Source: Dehalococcoidia bacterium (GTDB taxonomy: Bacteria > Chloroflexota > Dehalococcoidia > Lucifugimonadales > VXLM01). Taken from it: a stretch of DNA of 64,000 nt. This document shows, one piece after another, positions 9,422 to 21,511 of this stretch; the first letter of the stretch is position 1, and each line of letters starts with the position of its first letter. The notes beneath the pieces are model-generated. The model was not told the DNA's origin, made no database searches, and worked only from the letters and a program-made list of their open reading frames with translations. The position numbers and the translations under genes are program-made. The stretch covers positions 2,326,507 to 2,390,506 of the forward strand of contig OY759598.1 in NCBI GenBank assembly GCA_963662435.1. The letters run 5' to 3'.

Positions 9422-10612
9422 CTAACGCGATTCCATAACCATCAGAATTCGCTCGGCGATTAGCTCCGCCTCGCCGGGCATGAGACCGTGAGGATTGATG
9501 AAAATATCCTCGCCCTCACGACGGCTGGCCTCGATGATGATCGGTGGGTCGCCGGTGGCGAGGTAATTGACGATCTCGTCCGCCGACCGACCGCGCCACT
9601 CGGGTGTGAACGCAATAGAGACCTCAGGCACCGGCCTCAGCCAGTCGTCTTGCTCCACGGTAGCTGTGACTCCGGGAATTTCAATCACGGCATCGACTAT
9701 GGTGCGTCCCTGGCCGAACCAGCGTCTCATGTCCGCCTCGTGATCTCGCCGAGTGTATAGGTCGAGGGCGGCCATGAGTCCAATGATCTCCTCGCGGGCA
9801 ACCTTCATTGGCCGACCGATCGAGTAGTGAGGGCTGGCATTCAACTTGGCCGCGGCAATCAAGTCGGCTCGTCCACAGAGCATCCCCGTCGATTGAGGCG
9901 CCTTAATCGCCTTTCCGCCGCTATACGAGACAAGGTCCGCGCCGTACTCGATGAACCGGCGCAGATTCTCTGCGGGAGGAAGCATCGCCGCCGCGTCAAC
10001 CAGCAAAGGAAGACCGTGACCGTGAGCAATCTCGACGAATCTGGCAAGCCCCTCGAAAGAGTCGGGATGCCACCGCGAGGCGATGAACCCCAGCGCTACC
10101 GTCTCGCCGGTGATTGCGGACTCGATCTCCCAGTCGAGGCTTACGTCCTCATTGCCGACCCAGACGAGTCGTGCTCCACCCTGACGCCAAGCCTGTGTGA
10201 ACTCGCTGTTGTGCGACTTTTTTATGATGATTTGATTTCGGTCGTGAGCCGCTTCGGGAAGCAGCGATATCTTCTCTGGGTCTTTCCCTGCGATTACCGC
10301 CGCAGCCTGCAGTGTGAGTCCTGCCGCCGCGCCGCTTGTGACGAGTCCGGCCTCAGCTCCCGTGCTCTTAGCAATAAGCTCGCCTGCCGCCTCGTTCAAC
10401 TCTTCAAGGACGACCATCGTCCTGCTGGCCTCAGCCATCGCCTCGGCAACCTCTGGCTCCATGATGGAACCGCCTAGGGTCGTCTGCGTTCCATTTGCAT
10501 TGATAATGGGCCGAACGCCGAACCGGTCGTAGATTCTTCCCCTACGATTCAGGGCTTCGAGTGCGTCTAAGGATCTCGCGACCATGTCAGTTCCCCCTGT
10601 CCGCCGGGACAA
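9422..10612 (-). CDS. SelA-like/DgaE-family PLP-dependent enzyme
   Basis: INANGTQTTLGGS, LVDAAA, SGGK (PLP lysine) and IGRPMKV; true start may be 10585. Confidence 0.8.
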   Translation of the reverse strand: MSRRTGGTDMVARSLDALEALNRRGRIYDRFGVRPIINANGTQTTLGGSIMEPEVAEAMAEASRTMVVLEELNEAAGELIAKSTGAEAGLVTSGAAAGLTLQAAAVIAGKDPEKISLLPEAAHDRNQIIIKKSHNSEFTQAWRQGGARLVWVGNEDVSLDWEIESAITGETVALGFIASRWHPDSFEGLARFVEIAHGHGLPLLVDAAAMLPPAENLRRFIEYGADLVSYSGGKAIKAPQSTGMLCGRADLIAAAKLNASPHYSIGRPMKVAREEIIGLMAALDLYTRRDHEADMRRWFGQGRTIVDAVIEIPGVTATVEQDDWLRPVPEVSIAFTPEWRGRSADEIVNYLATGDPPIIIEASRREGEDIFINPHGLMPGEAELIAERILMVMESR

Positions 10613-10731
10613 TCCATCAGCACTTCCGTGGTGATGTTGGTCATTGGAAGCTAACCGTTTCCGTAACGGTGAGCAAGTGAGCCGTCCAGCTAACGATCAA
10701 AGCGAGTGAACGGGCCGGACTGGGATTCTAT

Positions 10732-11949
10732 TCAGCCGAATGCGTCCGTCTTGATCGCCTCGGCCTTGCCGGTCTGCTCCCACGGCAGATTGAGGTCGTC
10801 GCGACCGAAGTGTCCGTAAGAGGCAGTCTGCTTGTAGATGGGTCGGCGCAGCCCGAGGTCGCGAATGATCGCGCCGGGCCGGAGGTCGAAATGCCGCTCC
10901 ACAAGATTCGCGATTTCAGCGTCGCCGATATTCCCCGACCCGAAGGTCTCTACGGAAATCGACATAGGACGTGCCACGCCGATTGCGTATGCTAGCTGAA
11001 TCTCGAGCCGGTCCGCCACGCCGGCGGCGACCAAGTTCTTGGCGACCCACCGCGCGGCATAGGCGGCCGATCTGTCAACCTTGGTCGGGTCCTTCCCGGA
11101 GAACGCGCCCCCTCCATGCCGCGCGAAACCGCCGTATGTGTCCACGATGATTTTGCGTCCGGTCAGGCCCGCATCGCCGACAGGTCCACCCGTTACGAAT
11201 CGCCCTGATGGATTTACGTGATACTGCGTATTGCCGTCTCGCAAATTCTCGTCAATAACCTTGTGGGCCACTTGCTCGATGAGTTCGTTCTGAATGACCG
11301 ATTGAGGCGTCTCGGCGTCGTGCTGGCTGCTCATGACCACCGTTGGAACGTACTTCGGTCTGCCGTGCTCGTATTCGACGGTGACTTGTGACTTACCGTC
11401 AGGTCGTAGGTACGGCATCAGTCCCTCCCGCCGGACTTCCGACATGCGGCGGGTAAGTCTATGTGCCAGCACGATGGGCAGTGGCATCATCTCAACCGTC
11501 TCATTCGTTGCATAGCCGATCATCATGCCCTGATCGCCCGCACCGAGGCTCTCGACCTCCTCGTCGTCGATGGCTTCGTGATCTCTCACTTCGAGTGACC
11601 TGCTGACACCTGAAGCGATGTCTGGAGATTGCTCGTCGAGCGAGACCATCACTGCGCATGATTTGTAGTCGAATCCGTACTCAGGCTCCGTATATCCGGC
11701 GTCTCGGATGGCGTTGCGGACGGCCCCTCTAACGTCGACCCCACTGTTGGACGAGGATATCTCACCCATAACGACAACAAGGCCAGTGGTAGTAGCCGTC
11801 TCACAGGCGACTCGCGCCCTCGGGTCTCCAGCGATGAACGCGTCGAGAACCGCGTCCGATATCTGATCGCACAGCTTGTCCGGGTGTCCTTCGGTCACGG
11901 ACTCCGACGTGAACAGATAGGACGGTGAATTGGCGAAGCTTGTTGTCAT
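10732..11949 (-). CDS. metK: S-adenosylmethionine synthetase
   Basis: [19 protein letters not shown] and [16 protein letters not shown]; start moved to 11949. Confidence 0.97.
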   Translation of the reverse strand: MTTSFANSPSYLFTSESVTEGHPDKLCDQISDAVLDAFIAGDPRARVACETATTTGLVVVMGEISSSNSGVDVRGAVRNAIRDAGYTEPEYGFDYKSCAVMVSLDEQSPDIASGVSRSLEVRDHEAIDDEEVESLGAGDQGMMIGYATNETVEMMPLPIVLAHRLTRRMSEVRREGLMPYLRPDGKSQVTVEYEHGRPKYVPTVVMSSQHDAETPQSVIQNELIEQVAHKVIDENLRDGNTQYHVNPSGRFVTGGPVGDAGLTGRKIIVDTYGGFARHGGGAFSGKDPTKVDRSAAYAARWVAKNLVAAGVADRLEIQLAYAIGVARPMSISVETFGSGNIGDAEIANLVERHFDLRPGAIIRDLGLRRPIYKQTASYGHFGRDDLNLPWEQTGKAEAIKTDAFG

Positions 11950-11975
11950 GCGGTTGTCGATTCCCCTTAATCGCT

Positions 11976-13298
<1,323 letters not shown>

Positions 13299-14246
13299 TT
13301 AGCTATTTTGCGTCGGCAGTGTTTCATCTTCCGCTAACGGCTCGAACTGTGTCAACGTTGTGAGTTGGCGAAAGCGCATCTCGGCCTCGTTAATTGTCAC
13401 GTTGGCGAGGCGTTCCAGACTGAATCCCTCAACTACAAATGAACCCATCACAGAACCCGTGATCGCAGCCCGCCGAAACCCTCTTTCCGTAAGGTCATCG
13501 GTCGCCGCGAGATATCCCATGAATCCACCCGCAAAGGAGTCTCCCGCGCCCGTAGGGTCGATGACACGATCGAGGGGCACTGCCGGCGTCATGAAAGGCT
13601 GTCCCTCGTGAAACAGGATGGCGCCATGCTCCCCACGCTTGATGACTACCGTGCGTGGTCCCATAGTGTGGATTTCCCTGGCCGCCTGCATCAAGTTCAT
13701 GGAGTCCGTGAAGCTCCTCGCTTCGTCTTCGTCCATGAACACTACATCGACAAGACTCACGACCTCCTTCAGCTCCTGAGAGTTTCCTTCGATCCAGAAG
13801 TTCATCGTATCGAGCGCAACGAGCTTAGGCCTCCGGATCGTCTGCCTGAGGACATCGAGCTGGAGGGACGGGGCAATGTTCGCCAGGAATAAGTAAGGCA
13901 CTCCACGGTGGGCCTTGCTAAGGCTCGGAGCGAAGTCGCCAAAGACATTCAACTGCGTGTCCAGGGTCTCCCTGGTGTTGATGTCCTCGGGGCCGTATAC
14001 GCCTGACCAGCGAAACGTCCGACCTTGGGCCCGTTCTAGACTGGAGAGATCAACCCCGTTTGACCGGAGCAACTCCACGTCGCGGTCACGAAAGTCCTCG
14101 CCAACCACACCGACCAGGCTCACAGGAGCAAAGTTGCTACACGCTATGGAGAAATAGGTAGCGGAGCCGCCAAGCGCATCAACCCTGCTGCCTGCGGGCG
14201 TCACCACGGAGTCGTACGCAACCGACCCTACAACAAGTACGGTCAT
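13299..14246 (-). CDS. PfkB-family carbohydrate/nucleoside kinase
   Basis: GSVAYD, LGGSATY and DPTGAGDSFAGG motifs. Confidence 0.9.
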   Translation of the reverse strand: MTVLVVGSVAYDSVVTPAGSRVDALGGSATYFSIACSNFAPVSLVGVVGEDFRDRDVELLRSNGVDLSSLERAQGRTFRWSGVYGPEDINTRETLDTQLNVFGDFAPSLSKAHRGVPYLFLANIAPSLQLDVLRQTIRRPKLVALDTMNFWIEGNSQELKEVVSLVDVVFMDEDEARSFTDSMNLMQAAREIHTMGPRTVVIKRGEHGAILFHEGQPFMTPAVPLDRVIDPTGAGDSFAGGFMGYLAATDDLTERGFRRAAITGSVMGSFVVEGFSLERLANVTINEAEMRFRQLTTLTQFEPLAEDETLPTQNS

Positions 14247-14378
14247 CCCTGCTCTCGTTAAATCCGCTGCTCGCGCTCGGCCTTGCGACGTGCCTTGAGC
14301 TCCTTAAGGTGCATGCGACGCTATCTCCAAGCCTCGCGCTTGTGCTTGTTCATCAACGCCCCTCTAGGAAACTGTAGT

Positions 14379-14747
14379 CTAGTCGTCGGTGCCGTAGCTG
14401 GTAGGAAGACCGTGTTCGATCCATCCCGGCGTCCCATCCTCGATGTTGTACAGGTTCTCCGGGTCAATTCCCATCGCGCCGGCCATCTCGGCGGCGAGAC
14501 CGCTCCGTACACCCTGAGCGCAGATGAAGAGCAGCTTCTTGTCAGACGGCAGCTCGTCAACTCGCCCCAGTATGTCGTCAACCGGGATCGCCACGGAGCC
14601 GGTTACGTGTCCCGAAAGGTATTCGTCCTTACGTCGCACGTCCACGACAACGGTGTCGTCCTCCTCGTACATTTCTGCCGCCTCAGCAATCGTGAGCCGA
14701 TAATACGGCTCGTTCGCTTCTCTCCTCGGCATCGCCTTCGCCTCCAA
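14379..14747 (-). CDS. single-domain rhodanese-like protein
   Basis: VDVR..EY..GHV, ICAQGVRS active-site loop, GTPGW. Confidence 0.85.
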   Translation of the reverse strand: MEAKAMPRREANEPYYRLTIAEAAEMYEEDDTVVVDVRRKDEYLSGHVTGSVAIPVDDILGRVDELPSDKKLLFICAQGVRSGLAAEMAGAMGIDPENLYNIEDGTPGWIEHGLPTSYGTDD

Positions 14748-14776
14748 GCGCGACGTATCTCCCGCCGCTCTCGTTT

Positions 14777-15640
14777 TTACAAGTACTTTCCAATGATCTC
14801 CGACAGCCTCGATTTGACCCCGTCGGAGATTCGGTCGCGACTTGTGATTATAGCGCTTTCGAGGGCCGATTGACAGTTACAACACTCCCTCGATTCACGA
14901 ATGCGCGCGGTGAGATCGGGCAGGAGTTCTTGAGTGGTCTCCACGTTCTTCATGAGGTTTGCCACGACAAGGTCGACCGATACCTCAGCCTCCGACTGAT
15001 GCCACACGTCGTAGTCGGTGACCAGCGCCAGGGTCGCGTAGCAGATCTCCGCTTCACGCGACAGCATAGCCTCCGGCAGCGCCGTCATACCGATGATGCT
15101 TGCTCCCCATGACCTGTACAACATGGACTCGGCCCGTGTGGAAAACTGCGGCCCTTCCATCACAACGTATGTCCCGCCGTCATGGACGACGGCCAGCCTG
15201 CCTCGGGACACCTCAATAAGGTCGCCCCGCAGTTCAGGACAGAACGGATCGGCGAACCCGACGTGAGCAGCCACTCCGTCCCCAAAGAACGTGTTGACTC
15301 GACTTCGGGTCCGGTCGATTAACTGGTCGGGCACCACCATGTCCAGGGGAGCGATACGCTCCCGCAGGCTCCCGACCGCGCTGATCGAGATAATTCGCTC
15401 GACGCCCAGGGTCTTGAGGGCGTAGATGTTGGCCCGAAAGGGAATCTCCGTCGGCAGGTGGCGGTGCCCCCTACCGTGGCGAGCGAGGAAGGCGACTCGT
15501 CGACCCTCCAGCGTCCCCACCGTAACATCGTCGCTAGGCGAGCCGAACGGGGTATCGATGGAAAGCTGCTCGGCGTCTCTCATACCGTCGATATCGTACA
15601 GTCCCGAACCGCCGATAAACGCTATCTTGGCCTCAGCCAT
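14777..15640 (-). CDS. mtnP: S-methyl-5'-thioadenosine phosphorylase
   Basis: IGGSGLY, RHGRGH, EGPQFSTRAES, IGMT and TDYD motifs. Confidence 0.93.
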   Translation of the reverse strand: MAEAKIAFIGGSGLYDIDGMRDAEQLSIDTPFGSPSDDVTVGTLEGRRVAFLARHGRGHRHLPTEIPFRANIYALKTLGVERIISISAVGSLRERIAPLDMVVPDQLIDRTRSRVNTFFGDGVAAHVGFADPFCPELRGDLIEVSRGRLAVVHDGGTYVVMEGPQFSTRAESMLYRSWGASIIGMTALPEAMLSREAEICYATLALVTDYDVWHQSEAEVSVDLVVANLMKNVETTQELLPDLTARIRESRECCNCQSALESAIITSRDRISDGVKSRLSEIIGKYL

Positions 15641-15665
15641 GGTTGCTCACCCTCGCCTGCTACGT

Positions 15666-15926
15666 CTATTCGTTAGACTGTTCAGCAAGGGGGCGACTTC
15701 GGTAGTAGACCCCCCACTGCTGCATTACTTCCTTGACGCTGGGGTCCCCCAACTCCCCCAACTCCCGGAAGAATCCGGCAAGCGAATGCACGTGGAGAAG
15801 ATCGTCTGTACAGACCCAGTTCTTCTCGGCGCGCACCACGTACACGAGTCCGTTCTGGTGCTCGCATTCCAACTCCACCCTCTGGCTTCCAGTCTCACCC
15901 TTGACGTTCAGTCCGAATTCGGTCAT
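15666..15926 (-). CDS. hypothetical protein at the head of the SAM-cycle operon
   Basis: 86-aa ORF from ATG 15926 preceded by GAGAGG; ends 25 nt before mtnP on the same strand. Confidence 0.6.
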   Translation of the reverse strand: MTEFGLNVKGETGSQRVELECEHQNGLVYVVRAEKNWVCTDDLLHVHSLAGFFRELGELGDPSVKEVMQQWGVYYRSRPLAEQSNE

Positions 15927-16016
15927 GTCCGCGCCTCTCAATCTATGGTAGGCTGATGCTTGAACATCCGCATTATACCAACGCGCCACGCAGTTCCACC
16001 GACGCCGTCTTCTACC

Positions 16017-16988
16017 ATGTCGATAATTTCAGTCCAAGACCTTGCGAAGAGCTACGGAACCATTGAGGCCGTAAAGGGCGTGTCGTTCAACGTCGAAGCC
16101 GGTGAGATTTTCGGATTCCTGGGACCGAACGGCGCTGGCAAGACCACCACGATAAATATGCTCTGCACTCTTATCAAGCCGGGTGCGGGCTCGGCTACCG
16201 TCAACGGTCACGACATCGTCCTCGAAAAGAACGACGTTCGCCGGTCTATCGGCCTGGTATTTCAAGAGACCACTCTCGATGATTACCTCACCGCCGAACA
16301 GAACATCATGTTTCACGCGATGGCGTACGGGGTCCCGAGGGACGTGCGGCGCGAGCGTACACAAGCACTCCTTACCCTCATGGGACTCTGGGAAAGACGC
16401 AAGGGTCACATCCGCACCTACTCCGGCGGCATGAAGCGGAGGCTCGAAATCGCACGTGGCCTCATTCATTTGCCTCGTGTGCTGTTCCTTGATGAACCTA
16501 CCCTTGGCCTCGATCCACAGACGAGAAACCGCATCTGGGAGTACATTCGCGACCTGCGCCGAGAGGAAGACCTGACGATCTTCCTGACGACTCACTACAT
16601 GGACGAGGCCGAGAACTGCGACCGCATCGCCATCATCGACCACGGCGAGATCGTTGCCCTCGACACACCGGACAACCTCAAGAGCCAGGTGGGTGGAGAC
16701 CTGCTGACGCTTCGTACCGACGATATCGCGCACGCCGAAGCAGACCTCCGCGACAAACATTCCCTTGATCCGGAGGTCCGAGACGGAGCGATCACGGTAC
16801 GTGTCCCCAACGGCGAATCTTTTCTTCCGAGGTTCGTACAGAGCTACGAGGGTGGAATCCAGTCCATCGGCCTTCGTCGGCCCACCCTGGATGACGTATT
16901 CCTTCACCTGACCGGCCGTGAGATTCGAGACGAAGAGGTCAATAATCAGGGTCAGATGATGCAGATGATGCGCATGAGATATCGTTAG
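16017..16988 (+). CDS. DrrA-type ABC exporter ATP-binding subunit
   Basis: Walker A GPNGAGKTT, YSGGMKRR, LFLDEPT and C-terminal PTLDDVFL. Confidence 0.92.
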   Translation: MSIISVQDLAKSYGTIEAVKGVSFNVEAGEIFGFLGPNGAGKTTTINMLCTLIKPGAGSATVNGHDIVLEKNDVRRSIGLVFQETTLDDYLTAEQNIMFHAMAYGVPRDVRRERTQALLTLMGLWERRKGHIRTYSGGMKRRLEIARGLIHLPRVLFLDEPTLGLDPQTRNRIWEYIRDLRREEDLTIFLTTHYMDEAENCDRIAIIDHGEIVALDTPDNLKSQVGGDLLTLRTDDIAHAEADLRDKHSLDPEVRDGAITVRVPNGESFLPRFVQSYEGGIQSIGLRRPTLDDVFLHLTGREIRDEEVNNQGQMMQMMRMRYR

Positions 16989-17072
16989 TTCGTGTCTAAC
17001 TGATCTCGGACTCCCTAATTGATGTCCACAATCTGAGATGCTGTCAACCTTGAGAACAAAGCAGATATAGCT

Positions 17073-18617
17073 ATGCCACGAAGCGGAAAAATCAGACGAG
17101 TCTACGATAACGACGACGCCTGGATCATGGCGGAGACCAAGCCACCACTGACGCCGGATATCATGTGGTGGAACATGATCGAGCCGCACGAGGGGTCTCC
17201 TGTGGACGGCTGGCTTTACTCCGTTGGCGGCCACGATGTCTATGACTACGAGACCGATATCGGGGAGCGGACTTCGGAGGCCTATGCCGAGCGCGGCGAA
17301 GATCGCCAGCGCAATCGAGGGCAGAACCTCAAGCATATGATCGACCACCATGGCGGCCCCATGTCCGTCATGCTAGAACAGTGCAACAAGCTAGGCATGG
17401 ACTTCCTGCCCTCGGTGCGTATGAACGAGCACTACGACATCGACCCAAACGACCCGTCCTACGGCAAACTGCGCCGCGAGCGTCCTGAGCTCACCATCGG
17501 CCGAGGCAAGAATCTGCCGGAGCCAAGCATGGAGTGGGGCGTAGGCACCGGCCTGGATTATGCTTTGCCCGAGGTCCGGGAGTACATGAGCTCCATCGTC
17601 CTGGAGACAGTAGAGCGGTGGAATGTCGACGGCGTGGAACTAGACTTCTTCCGTCACCCGACGCACTTCAATATCGAGGAGGCGTACTCCAATCGTTACC
17701 TGATGACCGACATGGTCGCGAAGATACGGGGACGGATGGACGAGATTGGCGAGGAGCGCGGCAAGGGGCTTGACCTCATGGTTCGCATTCCCGCGTCTAT
17801 CGATCGGTGTGAGCGGCTTGGCCTCGATATCCGCGAATGGGTCGAGTCCTATCTCGTCGACGTGGTTGTGGCGGGCGGTGGGTTCATCCCGTTCGAGATG
17901 CCCATCAAGGAGTTCGTTGAGTTGGCCGAGGGGACGGAGACGCTCATCTACGGTTGCTTGGAGGCATATCGCCCCGCAGTCGACGAACTGACCCTGCGAG
18001 CAATCGCCGCACGCTATTGGGATGCCGGTGTCGACGGGCTATATCTGTTCAATTTCTACTCCATGCCCCAGGAGTGGAAGCGCCGCGTGCTCGGCGATCT
18101 CGTGGACCGCGATGCTCTTCGCCGCTTGGACAAACGCTACGAGACCGACGACCGCACCCGCTTCGTCCCGACATCGCACCTGCACCTCACGTTCCTCAAC
18201 GCAATCCCACGCGCTCAGCTACCCGTGGTCCTTCGCAAGACCTCTACCGGAGCGGGCGTGAAGATTGCGATGGACATGCCGGAGAGCTTTCGAAATGCTC
18301 ACTCAACCCTCGGTCTCCGGTTCGATGGTCTCGCCGAGAACGATACGGTTGAGGTACTTGTCAACGGTCTATCGTTGTCGGATGCTCCAGAGAAGGGCGA
18401 TGGGTGGACTCACGTCTTCTATGAACCTGGGTGGAACCAGTATCCCTCGGAAACTCAGACCGAGGAGCTTCCGGGAGATACTCTCAACTACGATCTGGCC
18501 CCGACGACGCTCCACCGGGGCATGAATACGGTCGAGGTCAAGCTCGTGTCCGAAGATCCCGACAGGGACAGTAACCTCGTACTGAGGCAGATCAAAGTCG
18601 AAGTGCGCTACGAGTAG
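17073..18617 (+). CDS. glycoside-hydrolase-like (GHL10-type) TIM-barrel protein with C-terminal beta domain
   Basis: YDNDD, SVRMNEHY, LDYALPEVR, VDGVELDFFR and GVDGLYLFN motifs; no signal peptide. Confidence 0.6.
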   Translation: MPRSGKIRRVYDNDDAWIMAETKPPLTPDIMWWNMIEPHEGSPVDGWLYSVGGHDVYDYETDIGERTSEAYAERGEDRQRNRGQNLKHMIDHHGGPMSVMLEQCNKLGMDFLPSVRMNEHYDIDPNDPSYGKLRRERPELTIGRGKNLPEPSMEWGVGTGLDYALPEVREYMSSIVLETVERWNVDGVELDFFRHPTHFNIEEAYSNRYLMTDMVAKIRGRMDEIGEERGKGLDLMVRIPASIDRCERLGLDIREWVESYLVDVVVAGGGFIPFEMPIKEFVELAEGTETLIYGCLEAYRPAVDELTLRAIAARYWDAGVDGLYLFNFYSMPQEWKRRVLGDLVDRDALRRLDKRYETDDRTRFVPTSHLHLTFLNAIPRAQLPVVLRKTSTGAGVKIAMDMPESFRNAHSTLGLRFDGLAENDTVEVLVNGLSLSDAPEKGDGWTHVFYEPGWNQYPSETQTEELPGDTLNYDLAPTTLHRGMNTVEVKLVSEDPDRDSNLVLRQIKVEVRYE

Positions 18618-18667
18618 TTCAAAGGGAATCGGCTCTCGGCTCTTCCCATAGGGACACAACCAACGAC

Positions 18668-19591
18668 TTGGAACACCGGTCACATCACGGCCGTACGCCT
18701 TCGGCGCAAATCCCTCATGAGGTCTTACGACAGTGGGGAATTGTTCCGGTCAGCTACTTGGGTGGACGACTCAACCACCATTGGCATGTCGATTTCCGGC
18801 ATATTCAACTTGTGGTTCGCGGGTATTCAGTCGAGGCGTTTCCTCACATTGACTATGAGCTTGATGTCCTGAAGCTTCTGGATGAAGCGGGCTGGCCGGT
18901 GCCCGCGGCCGTAGAAGACCCCATTCAAGTTGATGGTCGGACTTGGGGGCTGTTCATGTATCTACCGGGCACCTGCCGCACAACCAATAGTAGCGGGGAA
19001 CGCAGGGCAAGGGGCCGACTACTCGCAGAGCTGCATCAAGCGGCGGCTTCGCTCGAGAGAATGGGACAACGCTTGGGGTTTGGACTATCGGACGAATTGA
19101 TCGGCGAACCCGGACTCATCGACTCGATCCGTAAGTACGAGCAGTTCCGGCCTACGGAAGGACACGTCCTAAGGTGGCACATCGAACAAGCTACGCAGGT
19201 CTTCAATCGGCTTGACCTGCACAGTGGTGTGACAACCGTCCTGCACGGCGACTTTACCCCTTGGAATCTTCTTTACGATGGTGAAAATCTAACTGGCGTA
19301 CTCGACTTTGAGGCAACCCATTTGAACTATCGAGTTGCCGACTTCGCCAACTCTTGGCGTGGGTATGAGGATGAAGTCATCGAGGGCTACGAAGAGGTGA
19401 GCAGACTGACCGACTTGGACTGGGAGTTGCTGGTACCCGCCTATTGGTCATGGATGTTTATCGGTGTCAAGCAGGCGATCGAGACTGCTTTGGCGAAGAA
19501 CGCCACCCTTCCCGACTTCGAGTGGCAGATCAGGCACCTCCATCGTAGAGAAGGACTGATGAGCCGCCTCGTCGATCCCTATCCCGATTAG
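18668..19591 (+). CDS. APH/homoserine-kinase-type phosphotransferase
   Basis: LHGDFTPWN and VLDFE motifs; start uncertain. Confidence 0.85.
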   Translation: MEHRSHHGRTPSAQIPHEVLRQWGIVPVSYLGGRLNHHWHVDFRHIQLVVRGYSVEAFPHIDYELDVLKLLDEAGWPVPAAVEDPIQVDGRTWGLFMYLPGTCRTTNSSGERRARGRLLAELHQAAASLERMGQRLGFGLSDELIGEPGLIDSIRKYEQFRPTEGHVLRWHIEQATQVFNRLDLHSGVTTVLHGDFTPWNLLYDGENLTGVLDFEATHLNYRVADFANSWRGYEDEVIEGYEEVSRLTDLDWELLVPAYWSWMFIGVKQAIETALAKNATLPDFEWQIRHLHRREGLMSRLVDPYPD

Positions 19592-19610
19592 TGAGAACCT
19601 GCCAAGAGTC

Positions 19611-20474
19611 TCAAATCTCGAACGACATCAGCTCGTCGGAGAATACGAGGTCGCCTTCGAAATGCTTCTTGGCGTTTCCGATGCCCTTTTCCATGATCGG
19701 GTGCTTCGCCAAGTGTGGTCCCACGTGGGCCAACACCAGCTTCTTCACCCCCGCCTCTTGAGCCATCTTCGCCGATCCCACGTTGCCCATAGCACCATGC
19801 TGCTCACCTTGCTCGTGCATGTGCTCCTCCTCATCCCAGCACATCGTGATCAACACGTCGGCGCCCTCGGCCAACTTCGTGACTGACTCGCAGGGCTCCG
19901 TGTCGCCGGTGAAGACCACACTGCCCTCGTCGCTGTCAATGCGATAGGCCAGCGAGTCAAGGTACGGCTGCACGTGGACGGCGTCCGCTCCTGTGACCTC
20001 CCAGCTTGGCCCTGAGAAGATCTTGCCGGAGGTGATGTCCTTGGCGCTCACCTCCGGGGGCATTCGGGGAGGAGTGCCGCCGCGGTTCACATAGACCAGC
20101 TGGCTGGCCGGGTGGTTCACCCGCGCCTTCCAGTCGTGAGCGAACGCGCCCTCATTCTCGTCGAGGATGCGGTGCGTCAGTTGCTCTGTCAGCGTCGGGC
20201 CGAAGACCTGCAGTACGTTCTCCTTGCCGATGCTCTGGTCCCACCGGGTCAGCAGGAAGCAGGGATAGTCCACGTCGTGGTCGAAGTGGTGGTGCGTGAA
20301 GAAAAGGTAGTCGATGTTCGTCGGCCACAGGCCGGCCTTGACCAGCTTATGCGTGGTAGCTGGGCCGCAATCAACCATGATCTGCTCGCCGCCGATTTCC
20401 AGCACATATGAGGTGCCGTAGCGGGCGGGCGTAGGCGTAGGCGTTCCGGCACCGAGGATAGTAAGTCTGGCCAT
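19611..20474 (-). CDS. RNase Z-like metallo-beta-lactamase-fold hydrolase
   Basis: ILGAGTP, VDCG, THHHFDH, FTGDT and LVLAH motifs; start moved to ATG 20474 after AAGGAG. Confidence 0.88.
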   Translation of the reverse strand: MARLTILGAGTPTPTPARYGTSYVLEIGGEQIMVDCGPATTHKLVKAGLWPTNIDYLFFTHHHFDHDVDYPCFLLTRWDQSIGKENVLQVFGPTLTEQLTHRILDENEGAFAHDWKARVNHPASQLVYVNRGGTPPRMPPEVSAKDITSGKIFSGPSWEVTGADAVHVQPYLDSLAYRIDSDEGSVVFTGDTEPCESVTKLAEGADVLITMCWDEEEHMHEQGEQHGAMGNVGSAKMAQEAGVKKLVLAHVGPHLAKHPIMEKGIGNAKKHFEGDLVFSDELMSFEI

Positions 20475-20571
20475 ACCTATAGACTCCTTCAGCGGAATTC
20501 GGCGAGAGTGTAGCACAAGTCGTACAGACGAACGACTACAATGTTCGCCATCACCAAGGTGAAACAACGTC

Positions 20572-21465
20572 GTGAGCACACAGACCAAGGCATACATATT
20601 CGCGGGGATCGCGGTGCTGATGTGGTCGACCGTGGCGTCGGCCTTCAAAGTGTCGCTGCGCTACGTCGAAGTGCCGCATATGCTGCTGTATGCCACGCTC
20701 GTTTCAACGCTCGTGTTCATCGTCGTCGCGGCGTGGCAGCGCAAGCTGGGGCAGGCGCTCTCGTGTACGCCGAAGGAGTACCTGCAGTCGGCAGCGCTCG
20801 GTTTCCTCAACCCGTTCTTGTACTACCTCGTGCTGTTTGAGGCCTACGACCGCCTCCCTGCCCAGGAGGCGCAGCCCCTGAACTACACGTGGCCTGTTGT
20901 GGTGGTCATCCTATCGGTGCCGCTGCTCAAGCAACCTATCGGCCGGGTATCACTGGCAGCGATCCTTGTCAGCTTCTTTGGCGTGCTCATGATCTCGACA
21001 AGGGGAGACCTGCTGGGCTTTAGTTTCAGCGATCCGCTCGGCACAGGACTTGCTGTGGGCAGCGCATTCATATGGGCGACGTACTGGCTGACCAACGTTC
21101 GAGATAAGCGTGACGAGGTCGTCAAACTGCTCCTGAGCTTCTCCTTTGGTCTGGTGTTCGTCACCATCGCGGCGTTCGCGCTCGCTGGGCCGCCTTCCCT
21201 GGACTTGCGCGGCATCGGCGGGTCGGCTTACGCGGGAGTCTTCGAGATGGGCATCACCTTCGTACTGTGGATGCGAGCGCTGTCGCTCTCTCGGACGACC
21301 GCGCAGGTCAGCAACCTCGTCTTTCTCTCGCCGTTCGTCTCGCTCGCGCTCATCGCCGTCATTGTCGGGGAGACTATCCTGCTGTCATCAGTGATCGGAC
21401 TGGTGTTCATCATCAGTGGTATCGTCATTCGCCGATTCGACCGGAAAGTGCCACAGTCGACCTGA
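20572..21465 (+). CDS. DMT/EamA family transporter
   Basis: About 10 TM helices in two EamA repeats; LNYTWP and FLSPF motifs. Confidence 0.9.
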   Translation: MSTQTKAYIFAGIAVLMWSTVASAFKVSLRYVEVPHMLLYATLVSTLVFIVVAAWQRKLGQALSCTPKEYLQSAALGFLNPFLYYLVLFEAYDRLPAQEAQPLNYTWPVVVVILSVPLLKQPIGRVSLAAILVSFFGVLMISTRGDLLGFSFSDPLGTGLAVGSAFIWATYWLTNVRDKRDEVVKLLLSFSFGLVFVTIAAFALAGPPSLDLRGIGGSAYAGVFEMGITFVLWMRALSLSRTTAQVSNLVFLSPFVSLALIAVIVGETILLSSVIGLVFIISGIVIRRFDRKVPQST

Positions 21466-21511
21466 AGTGGTACTATCCGCCCCAAGACAACGCATGGAGG
21501 ACTTACCGACT

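Noticed and set aside
9422..10612. Selenocysteine synthase SelA
   Set aside because: Motifs and length fit the SelA-like/DgaE group; no selB, selD, tRNA-Sec or in-frame TGA gene was seen in the window
16029..17351. 440-aa minus-strand ORF
   Set aside because: Antisense shadow of the ABC ATPase gene with no recognisable motifs
18668..19591. Aminoglycoside resistance gene
   Set aside because: Only generic APH/choline-kinase-fold motifs are visible; no resistance or mobile context
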